A DNA stretch of 64,000 nt from Desulfobacterales bacterium (GCA_046483495.1 JAWODC010000077.1:5143-69142); one strand, 5' to 3'; positions 52,657 through 63,271 are shown, counted from the stretch's first letter. The notes: generated by a model from the letters alone, not told the origin. Numbers and translations are program-made.

Positions 52657-54393
52657 CTACATCTGCGTCACCCGAATAACTTCTTCAACGGTTGTAATAC
52701 CGGAGAGCACCTTGTCGATGCCGTCCATTCGCAGTGTCACCATGCCGCGTTTCAACGCTTCGGATTTGATCCGATTGGAATCATAGGTCTTCAGGACCAG
52801 GCTTTTTAAGCTGCTCTCCAGCACCATGATTTCAAAAATGCCGATGCGTCCCTTAAAGCCGGTATGAAAACATTCCGGACAGCCCTTGGCGCGATACAAA
52901 AGGACATCCTTGACCCGTTCCGGTGAAATGCCGAGGCTTTCAAGGGCGAAATCATCCGGAGCGTAAGGCTCCTTGCACGCGCGGCATAAAACGCGAACCA
53001 GCCGCTGCGCTACGACGCCGAGTACGGATGACGCAATTAAAAACGGTTCTACGCCGATATCCACCAGTCGCGTGATGGCGCTTGCCGAATCGTTGGTGTG
53101 AAGCGTCGAAAATACCAGGTGCCCGGTGAGTGCGGACTGAACGGCGATTTCTGCGGTCTCGCGGTCACGAATTTCCCCCACCAGAATGATATCCGGATCC
53201 TGCCGGACAATGGACCGCAGCCCTTTTGCGAATGTCAGGTCGATTTTGGGATTGACCTGAATCTGGCTGATCCCCTTGAGTTGATACTCAATGGGGTCTT
53301 CGATCGTAATGATGTTGATATCGGGTTTGTTCAGCGAGGACAGAACGGCATAAAGGGTGGTCGTTTTTCCGCTTCCCGTGGGTCCTGTAACGAGAATGAT
53401 ACCGTTTGGAGATGTGACCAGGCGCTCCAGCGCTTCAAGCCGCTGTCTTGTCAATCCCAGCTCGGGCAGCTTCAGCAGCGAACTGGATTTGTTCAACAGC
53501 CTCAGCACCACGCGCTCTCCAAACGTCGTGGGTATGGTGGAAACCCGGATGTCGATTTCCTGATCACCGATTCTTACATCGATTCGGCCGTCCTGGGGAA
53601 GACGTTTTTCGGCGATATTCATCTTTGCCATAACCTTGATGCGTGATGTGAGAGAAGCCTGAATGCCTTTCGGTGGGGTTAACAGGTCGTATAAAATGCC
53701 GTCGACTCGGTATCGCACCTTGAAAATGTCCTGATACGGCTCCACGTGAATATCGCTGGCCCTTGCTTTTGCAGCCTGTGAAATAATGTGATTGACAAGC
53801 TTGATAATCGGGGCATCACTGGTGTCATCCAACAGGTCCGCGGTATCTTCGAATTCATTGATTACGATACCGCCGTTTTCCTCCATGTGCTGAACGAGCT
53901 GTTCTGCGGAATCCCGTCCTGAATCATACGCGGCGTTAATGGCCGAAAGGATTTCGTGTTTCGTGGAAAGCACAAGCTTAAAATCGCTCCAGCCCATAAG
54001 GTGGGCCAAATCGTCTATGGCATGGAATTGGGCCGGATCACCGGCGGCGATGATGTGATCCAATGTCTCGCCGGATGGTGTATCGCCGTTTCCGCCATCC
54101 GGGGATTTTGAAGTGATCACCGGAACCAACATATATTTTTTTAAAAATTGAATGGGAACGTTTTGGGTGAAATCCGTCTCTTTCTGTTCGGCGACCGGGT
54201 TTGTCATTACCGGGAGATCGTGAAGCATGCCGAGGGCTTTTATGTACTGCGGTTCGGAAATGATCTGCTTCTTAAGCAGGATGTCGCCGAGGCTTCCGCC
54301 CTTATCACGTTTGATACGCAGTGCGTCTTCGATTTCCGTATCGGAAATGCCGAATTCGTCCATTAAAATTTTGGGTAATGTTTGCTGTTCCAT
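52657..54393 (-). CDS. gspE: Type II secretion ATPase GspE
   Basis: 578 aa. N-terminal T2SSE_N-like domain, Walker A GPTGSGKTT, Asp/His boxes, and the tetracysteine CRACK..CPEC. Confidence 0.9.
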   Translation of the reverse strand: MEQQTLPKILMDEFGISDTEIEDALRIKRDKGGSLGDILLKKQIISEPQYIKALGMLHDLPVMTNPVAEQKETDFTQNVPIQFLKKYMLVPVITSKSPDGGNGDTPSGETLDHIIAAGDPAQFHAIDDLAHLMGWSDFKLVLSTKHEILSAINAAYDSGRDSAEQLVQHMEENGGIVINEFEDTADLLDDTSDAPIIKLVNHIISQAAKARASDIHVEPYQDIFKVRYRVDGILYDLLTPPKGIQASLTSRIKVMAKMNIAEKRLPQDGRIDVRIGDQEIDIRVSTIPTTFGERVVLRLLNKSSSLLKLPELGLTRQRLEALERLVTSPNGIILVTGPTGSGKTTTLYAVLSSLNKPDINIITIEDPIEYQLKGISQIQVNPKIDLTFAKGLRSIVRQDPDIILVGEIRDRETAEIAVQSALTGHLVFSTLHTNDSASAITRLVDIGVEPFLIASSVLGVVAQRLVRVLCRACKEPYAPDDFALESLGISPERVKDVLLYRAKGCPECFHTGFKGRIGIFEIMVLESSLKSLVLKTYDSNRIKSEALKRGMVTLRMDGIDKVLSGITTVEEVIRVTQM

Positions 54394-54568
54394 GTGCCTC
54401 TTTGTTGCCGGTAAACGGCATTCTTTTGCCTGAAGCGGTGTATTTGCTTTTTTGATAATCCTCGAAAGGTTCTGGATAGACCCTAACGAAATAGGTGTTA
54501 AAGTTCAAATTAAATCGTGAAACGTGACTTCTTTCGGGCGATGAAAGCTTAACGCCGCAACGGATAGG

Positions 54569-54918
54569 GTCTTAATCCCCCCCATCCCGGCCTTCCCCCT
54601 CCAGTGGGGAAGGGGAGTTGTTGCGCCGTGAGTCCAATGATCATAGAGCCTTAATTTTTAACAAGTCAACAAAAGTGCCGTTCGCTTTGCTCGCGGTTTG
54701 TTTTTTGGTCATGGTCATATGTGTCAAGGGGTTGCAATCACCCGTTTGCTTCGCTCACGCTTCAAAATATATTTTCAGTATGATTTTCTATTCAAGCGGC
54801 GCGAAGCAGCCGCTCGAACGGACTATTAAAAAAAACGAGCATTGGAAAAACTGTCATCTGCCGCCACATCTCTCCTTCACCCCTGGCGGGGGAAGGCCGG
54901 GATGGGGGGGATTAAGAC
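54569..54918 (-). mobile_element. TIR-bounded non-coding repeat (MITE/Correia-like), copy 3, ~350 bp, inverted relative to copies 1 and 2
   Basis: GTCTTAATCCCCCCCATCCCGGCCTTCCCCCTCCAGTGGGGAAGGGGAG ... CTCCTTCACCCCTGGCGGGGGAAGGCCGGGATGGGGGGGATTAAGAC. Its reverse complement aligns block by block with copy 2. Confidence 0.75.
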
Positions 54919-54933
54919 GAACCCGTTTTTTCA

Positions 54934-56937
54934 CTATTCACCCGATTCCCGCTCGGCATCATCCTTGAAAATCATCGGCTCTTTCATCTGCTCCTTGTCA
55001 TAGAGCTTGATATTGCCTTCCCTGATGGTTTCGATCTGGTCCTTTTTCCCCTTGTAAACGTTCTTGGCCTCTTCCGGGTTTTGGATGACATAGGGCTTTA
55101 AGAACACGTACAAATTCGTTTTTTCCTCGGCTTTGCCCGTTGATGTAAACAGGTTTCCGAACAATGGAACACTGCCCAGGCAGGGGGTTTTGTATTCGGT
55201 GCCTGAAAAACTGTCGTCGATCAGCCCGCCGATCACGACCGTATTTTGGTCCTGCACGATCACCGTAGTGTCTATGGTGCGCTTCAATGTGGTCGGCCTG
55301 AACCCGGTGGCGGCGGCCGAGGTCGACTCCAACCGGGACACTTCCTGCGAGATGCTCAGCCGAACATTGCGGTCCTTGCTGATCTGGGGCGTGATTTTGA
55401 GCGTAATGCCCACGTCCTTGTATTCGAATGTTTCATAAAAGACATCGCCGATTGCGTCGCCGACGCTCACATCGGTTCCTGATTTCGTTTTATACGGGAC
55501 GTTTTTTCCAACGGTTATGGTCGCCTCCTCATTGTCCGTGGTTAAAATCTGGGGGGTTGACAGGATGTGCACATCCTTGTCCTTTCGGTATGCACTGACA
55601 ATCGCACCGATGGTAAATGGAATCCCGCCGAATTCGATGGAACTGTCGATAATGCCCAGTGAAAGCCCGGGCGGTGGGGTGATGGTGTTGGGCAGAGCGT
55701 TGAACCCGGTATCGCCGCCGCCCGTTGCACCGCCGCTGAATCCGCCGAAATACACCGAGTCATCATCGACATCGTTGCCGGCAATCCACTCGACCCCTAA
55801 ATTAAAGTCCTTATTCACATTGACTTCCATAATCAGGCATTCGATGTACACCATGGACCTGGGTATGTCGAGCTGCCTGATGATATCCTCCAATATCTGG
55901 TAGTCATCCTTTTCCGCCATGATAATCAAACTGTTGGTGGGATTGTCCGCCGTGATGCTGACATTGCCGGAGACTGCGGTTTCTTTGGCCCCGGGTTCGG
56001 CCGCCGCGGTGGACTTGCCGGCGACCAGGGCCTGTAGAGAAACCGCCAGATCTTCGGCATTGGCATGCTCGAGATAATAAACCCGTATTTTTTCGCTTCC
56101 CTTCGGCGTTTCCTTGTCAATCATGGCGATAAGGTTTTTTATTCTTTCCGTTTCCCCCTCGCCGGCCAATAGCACGATAATGTTGGTCCGCTCGTCCGCA
56201 ACCATTTTGATGGACTGCATTCCTTCGCCCTTGGCTTGCCGCGGCCCGGTTTCAAATACAGCCTCCAGCAGCTGTACGAGCTTCGTCGCATCGGCATACG
56301 CTATAGGAATTACAGAAAGCTGCCTCCCGATGTCCGTCACGTCGATGACCTTCAGAATGTTCATCAGCCGTTGGATGTTCGAATAAACATCGGTCAGAAT
56401 CAGCATGTTCGTAGGCTCATAGGAAAGCAGGACGCTGTTTTTGGAAATCAGCGGCGTAAACAATCGTTTTATTTCTTCCGGATCGGCATACTTTAAGGGA
56501 ATCAATTGAGTTACGATTTTATCCTCCGGTGATTCCGCTTCGGCTTTCAGCCTTGTGGTGATATTCTTCGTTCTTGCTTCGGGTGACGGTACAATTTTGA
56601 TGATTTCACCGGATCTTACCGCGGCGAAATCGTTTACTTCCAGAACCGATTCGAACACCTTGTAGGCTTCATCGACGGAAATCTTGCCCGGTGAAATGAT
56701 GGTAACCTTGCCTCTGACACGCTGGTCGACGACAAAGTTTTTGCCGGTAAGTTCACTGATGAACTTGATGAAGACACCGATATCCACATCGTTGAAGTCA
56801 ATCGACACGTATCTCCCGGACGTATCCGCCCCCTCCGTCGAAGTCGGCTGCGCCTGCGCCTGGAGAACCGGTGAGTAAATGATCAGGAATACGAAAATAA
56901 TTAGATTGATAATCGCTGTAAAATAGTATTTAGGCAT
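54934..56937 (-). CDS. gspD: Type II secretion secretin GspD
   Basis: 667 aa. Signal peptide, N0-N3-like repeats, and a secretin C-domain (VVIGGLIDD.., PCLGSVPLFGNLF). Confidence 0.9.
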   Translation of the reverse strand: MPKYYFTAIINLIIFVFLIIYSPVLQAQAQPTSTEGADTSGRYVSIDFNDVDIGVFIKFISELTGKNFVVDQRVRGKVTIISPGKISVDEAYKVFESVLEVNDFAAVRSGEIIKIVPSPEARTKNITTRLKAEAESPEDKIVTQLIPLKYADPEEIKRLFTPLISKNSVLLSYEPTNMLILTDVYSNIQRLMNILKVIDVTDIGRQLSVIPIAYADATKLVQLLEAVFETGPRQAKGEGMQSIKMVADERTNIIVLLAGEGETERIKNLIAMIDKETPKGSEKIRVYYLEHANAEDLAVSLQALVAGKSTAAAEPGAKETAVSGNVSITADNPTNSLIIMAEKDDYQILEDIIRQLDIPRSMVYIECLIMEVNVNKDFNLGVEWIAGNDVDDDSVYFGGFSGGATGGGDTGFNALPNTITPPPGLSLGIIDSSIEFGGIPFTIGAIVSAYRKDKDVHILSTPQILTTDNEEATITVGKNVPYKTKSGTDVSVGDAIGDVFYETFEYKDVGITLKITPQISKDRNVRLSISQEVSRLESTSAAATGFRPTTLKRTIDTTVIVQDQNTVVIGGLIDDSFSGTEYKTPCLGSVPLFGNLFTSTGKAEEKTNLYVFLKPYVIQNPEEAKNVYKGKKDQIETIREGNIKLYDKEQMKEPMIFKDDAERESGE

Positions 56938-57112
56938 TGTTCATTTCCGATCTTTTGCATTCATTTCTATTGTCATTATCGTTGTCGTTTTGCTTGCGAA
57001 AAACGTGTGCCGTCACGAGGCGGCAAAGCGTGGTTCAGAGGCCGGAATGATTCGAAAAGGCGCAAGTCTGTTGCGGGATTCGAATCGAAGACCCGCCTTC
57101 GGACCAACGCCT

Positions 57113-57976
57113 CTACCTGATTTTATATTCGATGGTTCTTTCCCTTCCCCGCCGTTTCATGTCAAGAGAAACCGTATCTCCCGAGCTGAGCTGCTGATAA
57201 AAACCCATCGCATCTTCCATGGTTTCAATATTTTTTCCGTTGACGCCGGTGATGATGTCGCCGTTTCGAAGCCCCATTTTTCTAACGATGCTGTTGGGCC
57301 TGATGCCGGTGAGGCTGAAACCGTTGGGCTGCCCATTTTCAAAGTGGGGCATGATTCGAACCTGCTGCATCAGGTTGTTGATATTCTGCATCGCTTCGTC
57401 GATTTGCGACCGGTCGAGGGTGATGCTCTGGGTCCCCGGACTCAGCAATCGATGGCGGCTTATCGGCCTTGCCGCGGCGGTTCTGATTTGCGGCGGTCCT
57501 TGCTGGGACTTTTCCATTTCAAGCACCTCGTCGACCTCGTCCCTTGTGAGAACGACCTTTTCCCTGAGGATCAATTTGATGTCGGCCCCCTGAACCGTGT
57601 CGCCTTCCCGATATAAATTCTGTGTGCGGATGTTCGTGTCTTCGATAACGGCATAGGCTTTTTCCGTTTTGCCGGTGACGGTTCCCCACAGTTTCAGCTG
57701 AAGTTCGGTTTTCTCGAGGGCTCCCAAGTCCACCTCTTTTTCAATCTCGTTTTTTTTGGATGTCACGTTAAGCAGGTTCCGCCCGGCAATTTCAGTGTAA
57801 TACGTCAGCGGTTGCTGAACGGATTGGGGCTCCTTTTGCTGCCGGTCCAGGGGGGCTGCAACCGGCAGCGACACCTGCAGTTTTGCGGTTGCGATTCGAT
57901 AGGCCGTACCGACCCCCAAGTAAGCGGCCAAAATAATTAGAATGCAATTTGCAAGAACAAAATAATAACGTATCAT
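57113..57976 (-). CDS. gspC: Type II secretion protein GspC (TM + HR + PDZ)
   Basis: N-terminal TM helix and a C-terminal PDZ (GIRPNSIVRKMGLRNGDIITGVNGKNI). Positioned next to gspD. Confidence 0.7.
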   Translation of the reverse strand: MIRYYFVLANCILIILAAYLGVGTAYRIATAKLQVSLPVAAPLDRQQKEPQSVQQPLTYYTEIAGRNLLNVTSKKNEIEKEVDLGALEKTELQLKLWGTVTGKTEKAYAVIEDTNIRTQNLYREGDTVQGADIKLILREKVVLTRDEVDEVLEMEKSQQGPPQIRTAAARPISRHRLLSPGTQSITLDRSQIDEAMQNINNLMQQVRIMPHFENGQPNGFSLTGIRPNSIVRKMGLRNGDIITGVNGKNIETMEDAMGFYQQLSSGDTVSLDMKRRGRERTIEYKIR

Positions 57977-58015
57977 AATGCAACTCGTTTCTACCGATTA
58001 AAACCGCCTGGGTTA

Positions 58016-58867
58016 TTATCGAAAAAATACTTCCGGTTGTTCGTAGGTGCCCGTGATCGTAAACGGAACACCTCCCTGCCTCAGTTTTTGCACCGGAATG
58101 ATGTTTCCGGCCAGACGTTTGAGAAAGTCATGCCTGGGGGTGACAACCCCGGAAAGATTCAAACGGCTTTTCGAAAACGGCTCTGAAAGGGTGATCCCGC
58201 CGGTTAGCTCTCCGTCCATCTGCATACCCTGAAATGCGCATTTGCCGATGGAAAGGTTCCGGTTGGCGAGGGACCCCGCGATATCGACGGTGTTAAAGGT
58301 GATATCCCCCAGCCGGATGAAGGACAACGCTATCGGTATGGTCGTATCCGTCAGGTTGAATGTAAAATCGGCGAAATGATCCGGATTGCCGCTGTTATAG
58401 ACGATGATTCCATTTAATGTTCCGGATATGTTCGATCGTATCGTCGACTGAATAGACGGTATACGGTCGATGTGAATGCCGGATACCTCGAATTCGCCCG
58501 AAACGGTGCGGCCGGTGGTCTCATCCGCCAAATCGGCGGTTCCGCTGACGGTGCCGCCATACATTTTGCTGTTTATTCGAAGCGCGTTATGGGAAGAGAA
58601 CAGCGTCGAAATGGGCAAACCGACTTTAACGGTATCCGCTGTCGCCAATTCCCGGTTCGTGCTGAAAATGCTTACATTGGACATGTCGAGTGCAATAGGA
58701 AATGCCGGATCGGCATCACCGATCTGCAATTGATAACCCGGCAGGACCCGGATAAATGTCGTCATCAGGTATTCACGCACGTTTTCAGAGGGAAAACGTG
58801 CGTATAAAAAAACCAGGACGGATGCCGATAACGTAAACACATATATAAGCTTGATGTACTTCATCAT
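58016..58867 (-). CDS. gspN: Type II secretion protein GspN (putative)
   Basis: 283 aa with a single N-terminal TM helix, positioned between gspM and gspC. The assignment rests mainly on context. Confidence 0.5.
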   Translation of the reverse strand: MMKYIKLIYVFTLSASVLVFLYARFPSENVREYLMTTFIRVLPGYQLQIGDADPAFPIALDMSNVSIFSTNRELATADTVKVGLPISTLFSSHNALRINSKMYGGTVSGTADLADETTGRTVSGEFEVSGIHIDRIPSIQSTIRSNISGTLNGIIVYNSGNPDHFADFTFNLTDTTIPIALSFIRLGDITFNTVDIAGSLANRNLSIGKCAFQGMQMDGELTGGITLSEPFSKSRLNLSGVVTPRHDFLKRLAGNIIPVQKLRQGGVPFTITGTYEQPEVFFR

Positions 58868-58942
58868 TTTCCGATTCCATTGAATTCGGTGCCGCCCCGA
58901 AGCAAACCGGTGGGGAGGCTGATCCGCCCGAGACGCGGATCG

Positions 58943-59476
58943 TTACATTTCAAATGTTTCAACCTGCATGATCACGTCGATATAGCCTTGTGGATTCGAA
59001 CTCTGCGCGATGGACAACCGCCTGACGAACACCATGTTTTTCGATGTTTCGATCATGTACAGGTAAGTGGTCAACTGTTTCAAATTGATGGCCTTGAGCT
59101 TTAACTCCACCTGCGATAATGTGAAGTGTTCCTCCTTTACAGTCGTCGGCTTCATATAGGTAATATGCGCCTTTATCCCCGCCCGGCCGGAGAGTCGATC
59201 CAAAAACGAGAAAAGGGTGAACCCTTCATCACGATTTTCAAAATTAATGGCCGCCATATCGGCGCCGCGGTTCAGTGCCTCGTATTCGGCTTTTAACTGC
59301 TGCATTTCAACCAGTGTTTTTGTCTTGATATCCAACTCGCGGATCAACCGTGTTTTTTTGTTCATCATGGGAGTAACGATAAACTGGATCAGGACAAACG
59401 CACCGATAACGAAAACAGCCGCATACAGGGCGTAACGTTCGCGTTTGCTGATTCTTTTTTTTAGATTGATGGTCAT
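58943..59476 (-). CDS. gspM: Type II secretion protein GspM (putative)
   Basis: 177 aa bitopic protein (TM YALYAAVFVIGAFVLIQFIV), directly after gspL. Confidence 0.55.
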   Translation of the reverse strand: MTINLKKRISKRERYALYAAVFVIGAFVLIQFIVTPMMNKKTRLIRELDIKTKTLVEMQQLKAEYEALNRGADMAAINFENRDEGFTLFSFLDRLSGRAGIKAHITYMKPTTVKEEHFTLSQVELKLKAINLKQLTTYLYMIETSKNMVFVRRLSIAQSSNPQGYIDVIMQVETFEM

Positions 59477-59491
59477 CGATCGTTTCCTCGA

Positions 59492-60943
59492 TCAGCCGGT
59501 TTGTATTTTCAATTTAAAATCGACCCGATTCCCGGATCTCTCCAGATTGGCCGATGTTATCGTCACGGATGTAAATAAGTCAGCCCGTTCCAGACGGTTC
59601 TTCATGTCATCCACCGAATTGAATGTGTCGGTCGTTCCCGAAACGATGACATTGCCCGGATTGACAACGAGCTGATTGACCACAACGTCCAGCTCCTTGG
59701 GTATCAGTCGACTGATATCGTTTAGAAGATCTATGGTTCTGATATCGGGGGCCCTTCCTTGGTCAAACAGCACCGGTTTTTTTTCATCCCGAATCTTGAC
59801 TTTCATTTGCCCCAATGGATCGGGGGAGATCGTTTCATCGGGAAAAACGCTCGAAAAAAGGTTCCGGATCTGCCGGTCGGTCTGATTCACCCGATTTCCA
59901 AGCATCTGGATATCGATGATGTAACCGGCCAGCAACAGAACCAGAACAGCACCGGCGAATACCGAAGACCGGATAATATCGGCCGTGTGTTCCACCCAGA
60001 AATTTCTGGGTGCAAAGGACCCTTTTCTGAAATTGAATAAGCGGACGGCCTCCGTTTCCGCCAGACAGAGGGCCAGGGCATGTATGGCCTGGGGTGGAAA
60101 AGAAGGCGCGGCATCGAGCAGGCGGACGGTGGTGTCCGTCTGCAGGTCAAGCCGCCGCACCGGCACGGACAGACAGGTTTCCAACCGGCCGCCGATCGCG
60201 TTTTCGTTCGATGCGGTTTCGGTGATGAAAAAGGGCTGAACATTTTCGGAACCGGTAAGGGCCGGCAGGGTTTGACGTATTCTGTCAGCGATGCGGGCGG
60301 CCTTTTCATCCGGATTTTCAGGCACGGGAAACCGTCGCATCGATGTGATACGGCCATAAGCGATGAAATAAAGGGTTGCCTGTTGCATTTCGACATCGAT
60401 CAGCATCATGTTTGCGTTTTTTTTCCGTCCTTTTTCCGCCAGAAGTGCGGCGGCGGCATACCCGCTGATCGATATCGACTCCGGATCGATGCCGGCGGCC
60501 TGGAGGCCTTCGAGGAATGTCTTAAAGGATTGCCGTTTCATGCCCGCGGCGATAAGATCGACCCCCGATTCCGGGGAGGTATTGGATGTGATAAAATCCG
60601 TAACCAGGTCATCGGGCTGATACGGGACCAGGGTTTCCAGTTCAATCGGCAGAATCCGGCGAATCTTTTTCTCTTCTTTAAACGGCACGCTGAGACTGCG
60701 AATGAACAGGTGGTCAACAGAAAAGGCCGTCCGGCAATTAACGGCCTCTATGTCGATTTCGGATACAATGGATGCCAGGGCGGCCTGGACGTCTTCAGGG
60801 TCCGGAGGCGAGCCGTCGCCGAGCGGAATATGCCGAACATATTCAAGGCAGGGCCCTTTCAGCGTGCTTTTCACCGACACGGCGGAAATCGAATCGGACC
60901 TTATGTCGAGGCCCATTATTTTTCGATTCAATCTACTGATCAT
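59492..60943 (-). CDS. gspL: Type II secretion protein GspL (actin-like cytoplasmic domain + TM + periplasmic domain)
   Basis: 483 aa. PilM/GspL-like N-domain and a central TM helix (SSVFAGAVLVLLLAGYII). Context supports the call. Confidence 0.6.
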   Translation of the reverse strand: MISRLNRKIMGLDIRSDSISAVSVKSTLKGPCLEYVRHIPLGDGSPPDPEDVQAALASIVSEIDIEAVNCRTAFSVDHLFIRSLSVPFKEEKKIRRILPIELETLVPYQPDDLVTDFITSNTSPESGVDLIAAGMKRQSFKTFLEGLQAAGIDPESISISGYAAAALLAEKGRKKNANMMLIDVEMQQATLYFIAYGRITSMRRFPVPENPDEKAARIADRIRQTLPALTGSENVQPFFITETASNENAIGGRLETCLSVPVRRLDLQTDTTVRLLDAAPSFPPQAIHALALCLAETEAVRLFNFRKGSFAPRNFWVEHTADIIRSSVFAGAVLVLLLAGYIIDIQMLGNRVNQTDRQIRNLFSSVFPDETISPDPLGQMKVKIRDEKKPVLFDQGRAPDIRTIDLLNDISRLIPKELDVVVNQLVVNPGNVIVSGTTDTFNSVDDMKNRLERADLFTSVTITSANLERSGNRVDFKLKIQTG

Positions 60944-61033
60944 AATGCATCACATCCTGTCGAAAATTGTTCAGAACGGAAACGTTCGCGGCCAACGCAG
61001 AAATCGCGTGAAAGAGCCATTTCTGAATGGGCA

Positions 61034-62119
61034 CTAATTCATTTTCCAGTTCAGTACCTTACAAAAGATCTTTCCGGATTCCTCATCCTTCATTCGCTGT
61101 ACAACAGCAGTAATGCCCACCGAGTGCTGATCCATTACGGCACGTGATCGAATACGAAAAAAATCGCTGAATGTCGTAATCAGGTTCGGATCGATATCGA
61201 TGTCGCTGCAGCCGGGCGCATGCTTATACCACGTGGGATTGGACAGGTCGGCAATCGGTTCCAAATCGCTCAGCTCTTCCCGGTAAGCGAAAATCTCGGG
61301 CGCCAGAATTTCGGCTCCAACAGGCATCAGGGCCGCGAGTATGGGAAGATCGGCGGTATTGATGTTGATTTTTCCCTGAAAATAAGATTCCGTGCCGTCG
61401 GACAGAGGGCCCAAGGTTGGCGTCAGATAATCGGCAATGCCGAAAAGCCCTTCCAAACCGTAAAACAGCTCCGGTGAAACGCCTTTGATCAGAACGAGTT
61501 CTTCAAGGTCCTCGATCGGGCCGTTTTTGCATTCATACGGCGGCTCCAAACTACGATAATAATCGGATTCCGCACCATTTAATCCGGTGATGGCGTCATC
61601 ATCTTTCGAATCGAGCCAGTCTTTTGTCGAGTCGATGATGGTGGACGGTTCGATTTCCGCGTACGCCTCTTCCGCGGTCGCGATAAGTCGCAAAAACCGT
61701 TCCCACAAATCCGCCTGTAAGCGGTTGGCGTTTATCCCTTCCGGGAATTGCACCAATGCATTGACCTGAATTTTCCCCAATTCATCATCGATGCGAACGG
61801 TCAAATCACCGTTCTCGAAAGCCATTCCGGCAATCAGCTGTTCCATGATTTCCGGATCGGCCCAATCCTCCAGAATGCTGTCTAATCCCGAAGGCGGGTC
61901 ATTGAACTTGTCCTCCGCCAGGAGTGCCATTCCGGCATGAATTCCGGATGTCGCCATTTCGGTGAGGGTCTGACGCGTACGGGCGGCCGTAACCGATGTG
62001 ACGGCATCACGGCCTTTTCTATTGAGCTCTATGGCCAAAATGGTCAGTGTCGCTATAATGCCGAGCGTAATCAACAGGGCCATGCCACGGCTGTTTTTAA
62101 TATGGTGAGAAGCGGTCAT
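61034..62119 (-). CDS. gspK: Type II secretion minor pseudopilin GspK
   Basis: SRGMALLITLGIIATLTILAIEL N-terminus. 361 aa with a helix-hairpin-helix-like C-part. Confidence 0.7.
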   Translation of the reverse strand: MTASHHIKNSRGMALLITLGIIATLTILAIELNRKGRDAVTSVTAARTRQTLTEMATSGIHAGMALLAEDKFNDPPSGLDSILEDWADPEIMEQLIAGMAFENGDLTVRIDDELGKIQVNALVQFPEGINANRLQADLWERFLRLIATAEEAYAEIEPSTIIDSTKDWLDSKDDDAITGLNGAESDYYRSLEPPYECKNGPIEDLEELVLIKGVSPELFYGLEGLFGIADYLTPTLGPLSDGTESYFQGKININTADLPILAALMPVGAEILAPEIFAYREELSDLEPIADLSNPTWYKHAPGCSDIDIDPNLITTFSDFFRIRSRAVMDQHSVGITAVVQRMKDEESGKIFCKVLNWKMN

Positions 62120-62829
62120 GAACCTTTTTTTTCCCTGAACACCGGCAGATTCACCCGTGTGCTGAACGCGGCTTCGCCGGATTCATCGCCGAGGGTGAAA
62201 TGAATACCGATGCCTCTGGGGGTGGAATATTCGAATTCTCCGGAATCGGAATCCCAGCTCTCGTAGGCTTCGCCGGCTTCATCATAAAAACGCAGCTCGA
62301 AAGAACGCATGTGTTCGCACAACACCGGATCGTGCGGATTCTCCTCCTCGGGACCGAAGGGAAACAGGGTGTCCGAGCGGCGCAAAACAAAACCGCCGTC
62401 CTCGGTTTGCTGCACGTAATAGACGATACGGGCGATTCCTTTTCGGGCATCATTGCTCAAGGGCAAATGGGCGGCGGCTGTAAATCCGACTTTTGAAAAA
62501 CCATCCCCCGGCCCGAATACGTTTTCGCCGACAAACCGAAAAGGGTCGGGGTCATCATCGAATCCAGGCTCTTCATACATCGGCGGCAGCACCACATGCA
62601 GCGATTTAAAATCAGATATCATGCGATCCATGCAGGTTTTTCCCATTTCATACAGATTTCTCTTCTTTTCAATAATGCTTACGTCGCCCATTACCGCATT
62701 GAAAGAACCGTAAATGGTGGTCATCGCCACGGCAAATATCAATACGGCCACCAACACTTCGAGCAGGGTCAGTCCGGCCCGATCATTGCCCGAATGGTTT
62801 CTAAAACCGCTGTTGGTTATCCTCTCCAT
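62116..62829 (-). CDS. gspJ: Type II secretion minor pseudopilin GspJ
   Basis: Prepilin-type N-terminus RAGLTLLEVLVAVLIFAVAM. ATGA overlap with gspK. Confidence 0.7.
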   Translation of the reverse strand: MERITNSGFRNHSGNDRAGLTLLEVLVAVLIFAVAMTTIYGSFNAVMGDVSIIEKKRNLYEMGKTCMDRMISDFKSLHVVLPPMYEEPGFDDDPDPFRFVGENVFGPGDGFSKVGFTAAAHLPLSNDARKGIARIVYYVQQTEDGGFVLRRSDTLFPFGPEEENPHDPVLCEHMRSFELRFYDEAGEAYESWDSDSGEFEYSTPRGIGIHFTLGDESGEAAFSTRVNLPVFREKKGS

Positions 62830-62838
62830 GGTTGAATC

Positions 62839-63255
62839 TCAGCCCCTGATGAACCGGTATGTCGTTAGATGATACGTCAGTTCATCGCGATATTGAACGG
62901 TGATATGAATTCGCTTCATGTCCTCGGCGGCCGAACCCAGCAGTTCCGGCGTGTAGTCCTCCACGTTGATCCGCCAGGAATACCCCGAAAACCCGTCATC
63001 GAACTCGCCGGAATCACTTGTAAAATTATCTATTTGAGTCATTTCCGTTTCGGCGATTTTTTTTTGGGCCAGCAAGGGTGCCGTTGTATAAAACTTTGCA
63101 TCCATGTTCATGGCAATGGTCTGGGCGTGAAGCCGATAAATGCCGACCAAAACGATCGCCATGATCGATATCGCAACCATTATTTCCAGGAGTGTGAAGC
63201 CGGATTTGGAAACACGCAAAGACGGTAATCCCTTGTATCGTTTCGTATACATCAT
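62839..63255 (-). CDS. gspI: Type II secretion minor pseudopilin GspI
   Basis: KSGFTLLEIMVAISIMAIVLVG prepilin motif. 138 aa. Confidence 0.7.
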   Translation of the reverse strand: MMYTKRYKGLPSLRVSKSGFTLLEIMVAISIMAIVLVGIYRLHAQTIAMNMDAKFYTTAPLLAQKKIAETEMTQIDNFTSDSGEFDDGFSGYSWRINVEDYTPELLGSAAEDMKRIHITVQYRDELTYHLTTYRFIRG

Positions 63256-63271
63256 AACTATTCATTCGTTA

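Noticed and set aside
54618-54968. 116-aa ORF inside TIR element copy 3 sharing SGAKQPLE..FTPGGGRPGWGGLR with the ORF at 28600-28833
   Set aside because: The shared peptide is explained by nucleotide conservation of the element termini. The equivalent frame in copy 1 contains a stop (..ETMF*KAK..), and the variable internal segments are not conserved at the protein level. The ORF at 2266-2535 and the N-terminal extension of 2375-2809 are rejected for the same reason.
57073-57096. tRNA T-arm-like sequence GCGGGATTCGAATCGAAGACCCGC between gspC and gspD
   Set aside because: Only a single hairpin is present, with a 14-nt loop. There is no acceptor, D or anticodon arm around it, so it is not a tRNA.
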